Shown here piece after piece: positions 62,902 through 64,000 of a DNA stretch of 64,000 nt. The first letter of the stretch is position 1. Each line of letters opens with the position of its first letter. Source of the DNA: an uncultured Phycisphaerales bacterium (GTDB taxonomy: Bacteria; Planctomycetota; Phycisphaerae; Tepidisphaerales; Tepidisphaeraceae). The notes beneath the pieces were generated by a model that was given only the letters and a program-made list of their open reading frames with translations, made no database searches and was not told where the DNA came from. Location of the stretch: the NCBI GenBank assembly GCA_963758525.1, contig CAVWVQ010000003.1, positions 4,704,001 through 4,768,000 of the forward strand. The letters are read 5' to 3'. The translations under genes were made by a program, and so were the position numbers.

Positions 62902-63989
62902 TTTGACGCTGGTTTGCCGCCGTCCAATGCATCGGCGACAAGTCTTGCCACCTGCGGGCTTGAAAAAAAGGCTGGGAAGTGCGCCTTGCTGGCAATGGGG
63001 TTGTCGCCATCCCCCTCAAAGACGCCGTACGCATGATGCTTCTTGTCCAACCAGGGGTAATACCCGTAATACCCGGGGCTGCTGAGCAGAGTGGCGTTGC
63101 CCTGCTGATCGACTTGCTCGCGCCATTCCCCAAAGCCGTAAATTCCGTTGTGACTGCCGCACAGCTTGAAATAATCGTTTGATCCCCGGTCCGCGCCGCG
63201 GAGTTGATCGGCCTGCATCTCGCGGATGGAGTTCGCGGAAAGAATGCGTTTGCCGCGAAACATCCCGTCGTTGCTGATCATTTCCAGGAAATTGGAATAG
63301 TCATCGAGCGTACTGCTGGCCGACCACCGCGCCCCGCCATGACACCGTACATACCAAAGGTTCATTCCCGTGGTTGTCCAGTGCATCTCGCACGGACCGG
63401 CAATCCTGTCAGCAAAGAGAATCTCCCAAGGCTTCCCGCTGACCACTTCCGCCACCCGGCCCGCCACCGCGATCCCATTGCCGCCATATTGGAAGAGCGT
63501 GCCCGGTTTTTCCTTCAGCGTTCCCGCAGCCAGTTCATCGGCGCGGTCGGCGATGGAGATCGTCTGGGCGTCGGACTCGGGAATCTGGATGCTGTTCAAC
63601 CCGCTGGTATGAGACAGACACTGCCGGACGGTTGCGCGACCCGCATCGCCGGTGAATTGCGGAAGATACTTCGAGAGCGGTGCGTCGAGATCGATCTTGC
63701 CGTCGTCGACAAGAGTCATGACGCACGACGCTTCCAGCCATTTGGTTGACGAGACAAGGCTGACGACGGTGGAGGCGGTATATCCGCCGAAGAACTTCTC
63801 GTAGACGACCTTCCCGTCTTGGACGACGCGAATGGCGGCGCCGGGATAGTAGCCGTGATCAACCCACCCCTGAATCAGATTGGTAACGGCCGAGAAGTCA
63901 TAGCCGCCAGGGGTGTCAGATGCCCGAGCCACGCCAGCCAGGCTGAATGCGGCAACGATCGTCCAGATTACAGGAAAACGTCGACTCAA
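62898..63989 (-). CDS. Secreted serine hydrolase, beta-lactamase family
   Basis: Signal peptide; SxxK 'SSTK'; 'LSHTSGL'; 'PGTLFQYG'. Confidence 0.88.
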   Translation of the reverse strand: MSRRFPVIWTIVAAFSLAGVARASDTPGGYDFSAVTNLIQGWVDHGYYPGAAIRVVQDGKVVYEKFFGGYTASTVVSLVSSTKWLEASCVMTLVDDGKIDLDAPLSKYLPQFTGDAGRATVRQCLSHTSGLNSIQIPESDAQTISIADRADELAAGTLKEKPGTLFQYGGNGIAVAGRVAEVVSGKPWEILFADRIAGPCEMHWTTTGMNLWYVRCHGGARWSASSTLDDYSNFLEMISNDGMFRGKRILSANSIREMQADQLRGADRGSNDYFKLCGSHNGIYGFGEWREQVDQQGNATLLSSPGYYGYYPWLDKKHHAYGVFEGDGDNPIASKAHFPAFFSSPQVARLVADALDGGKPASK

Positions 63990-64000
63990 TTTCGTCCTCG

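Overview
High-GC bacterial sequence, most likely Planctomycetota (Phycisphaerae/Tepidisphaera-like). The lineage is inferred from a DUF1559-type prepilin gene, a PEP-CTERM protein and 'ATQP/ATRP'-rich secreted proteins. All family calls come from motifs I recognise; no database search was run. Bases 1-29154 are the right part of a siphovirus-like prophage. It carries early/recombination genes, tail fibres and spikes, an unusual lysis-like cassette, tail and neck genes, an excisionase and a tyrosine integrase, and ends at a tRNA-Gln 3' fragment (att core, 29131-29154). At ~24847 there is a sharp junction where a 5'-truncated major capsid gene (-) abuts a 5'-truncated pentapeptide-repeat gene (+). 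No terminase, portal or repressor gene is visible. The most novel-looking unit is the lysis-position cassette (8011-11888): a holin-like/lipoprotein gene with an internal start, an orphan response-regulator receiver, a TM/coiled-coil protein and a secreted beta-helix protein, with no recognisable endolysin. The host region (29.2-64 kb) holds a toxin-antitoxin remnant, topoisomerase IB, a XylR/PEP-CTERM/DUF1559/lyase glycan-utilisation-like locus, IS5-type MITEs and a REP pair, a decayed microaerobic cluster, phosphoketolase, an E2-like gene remnant, two tandem heparinase-like paralogues and a serine hydrolase. About ten apparent frameshifts fall in phage and host genes alike and probably reflect sequencing indels.
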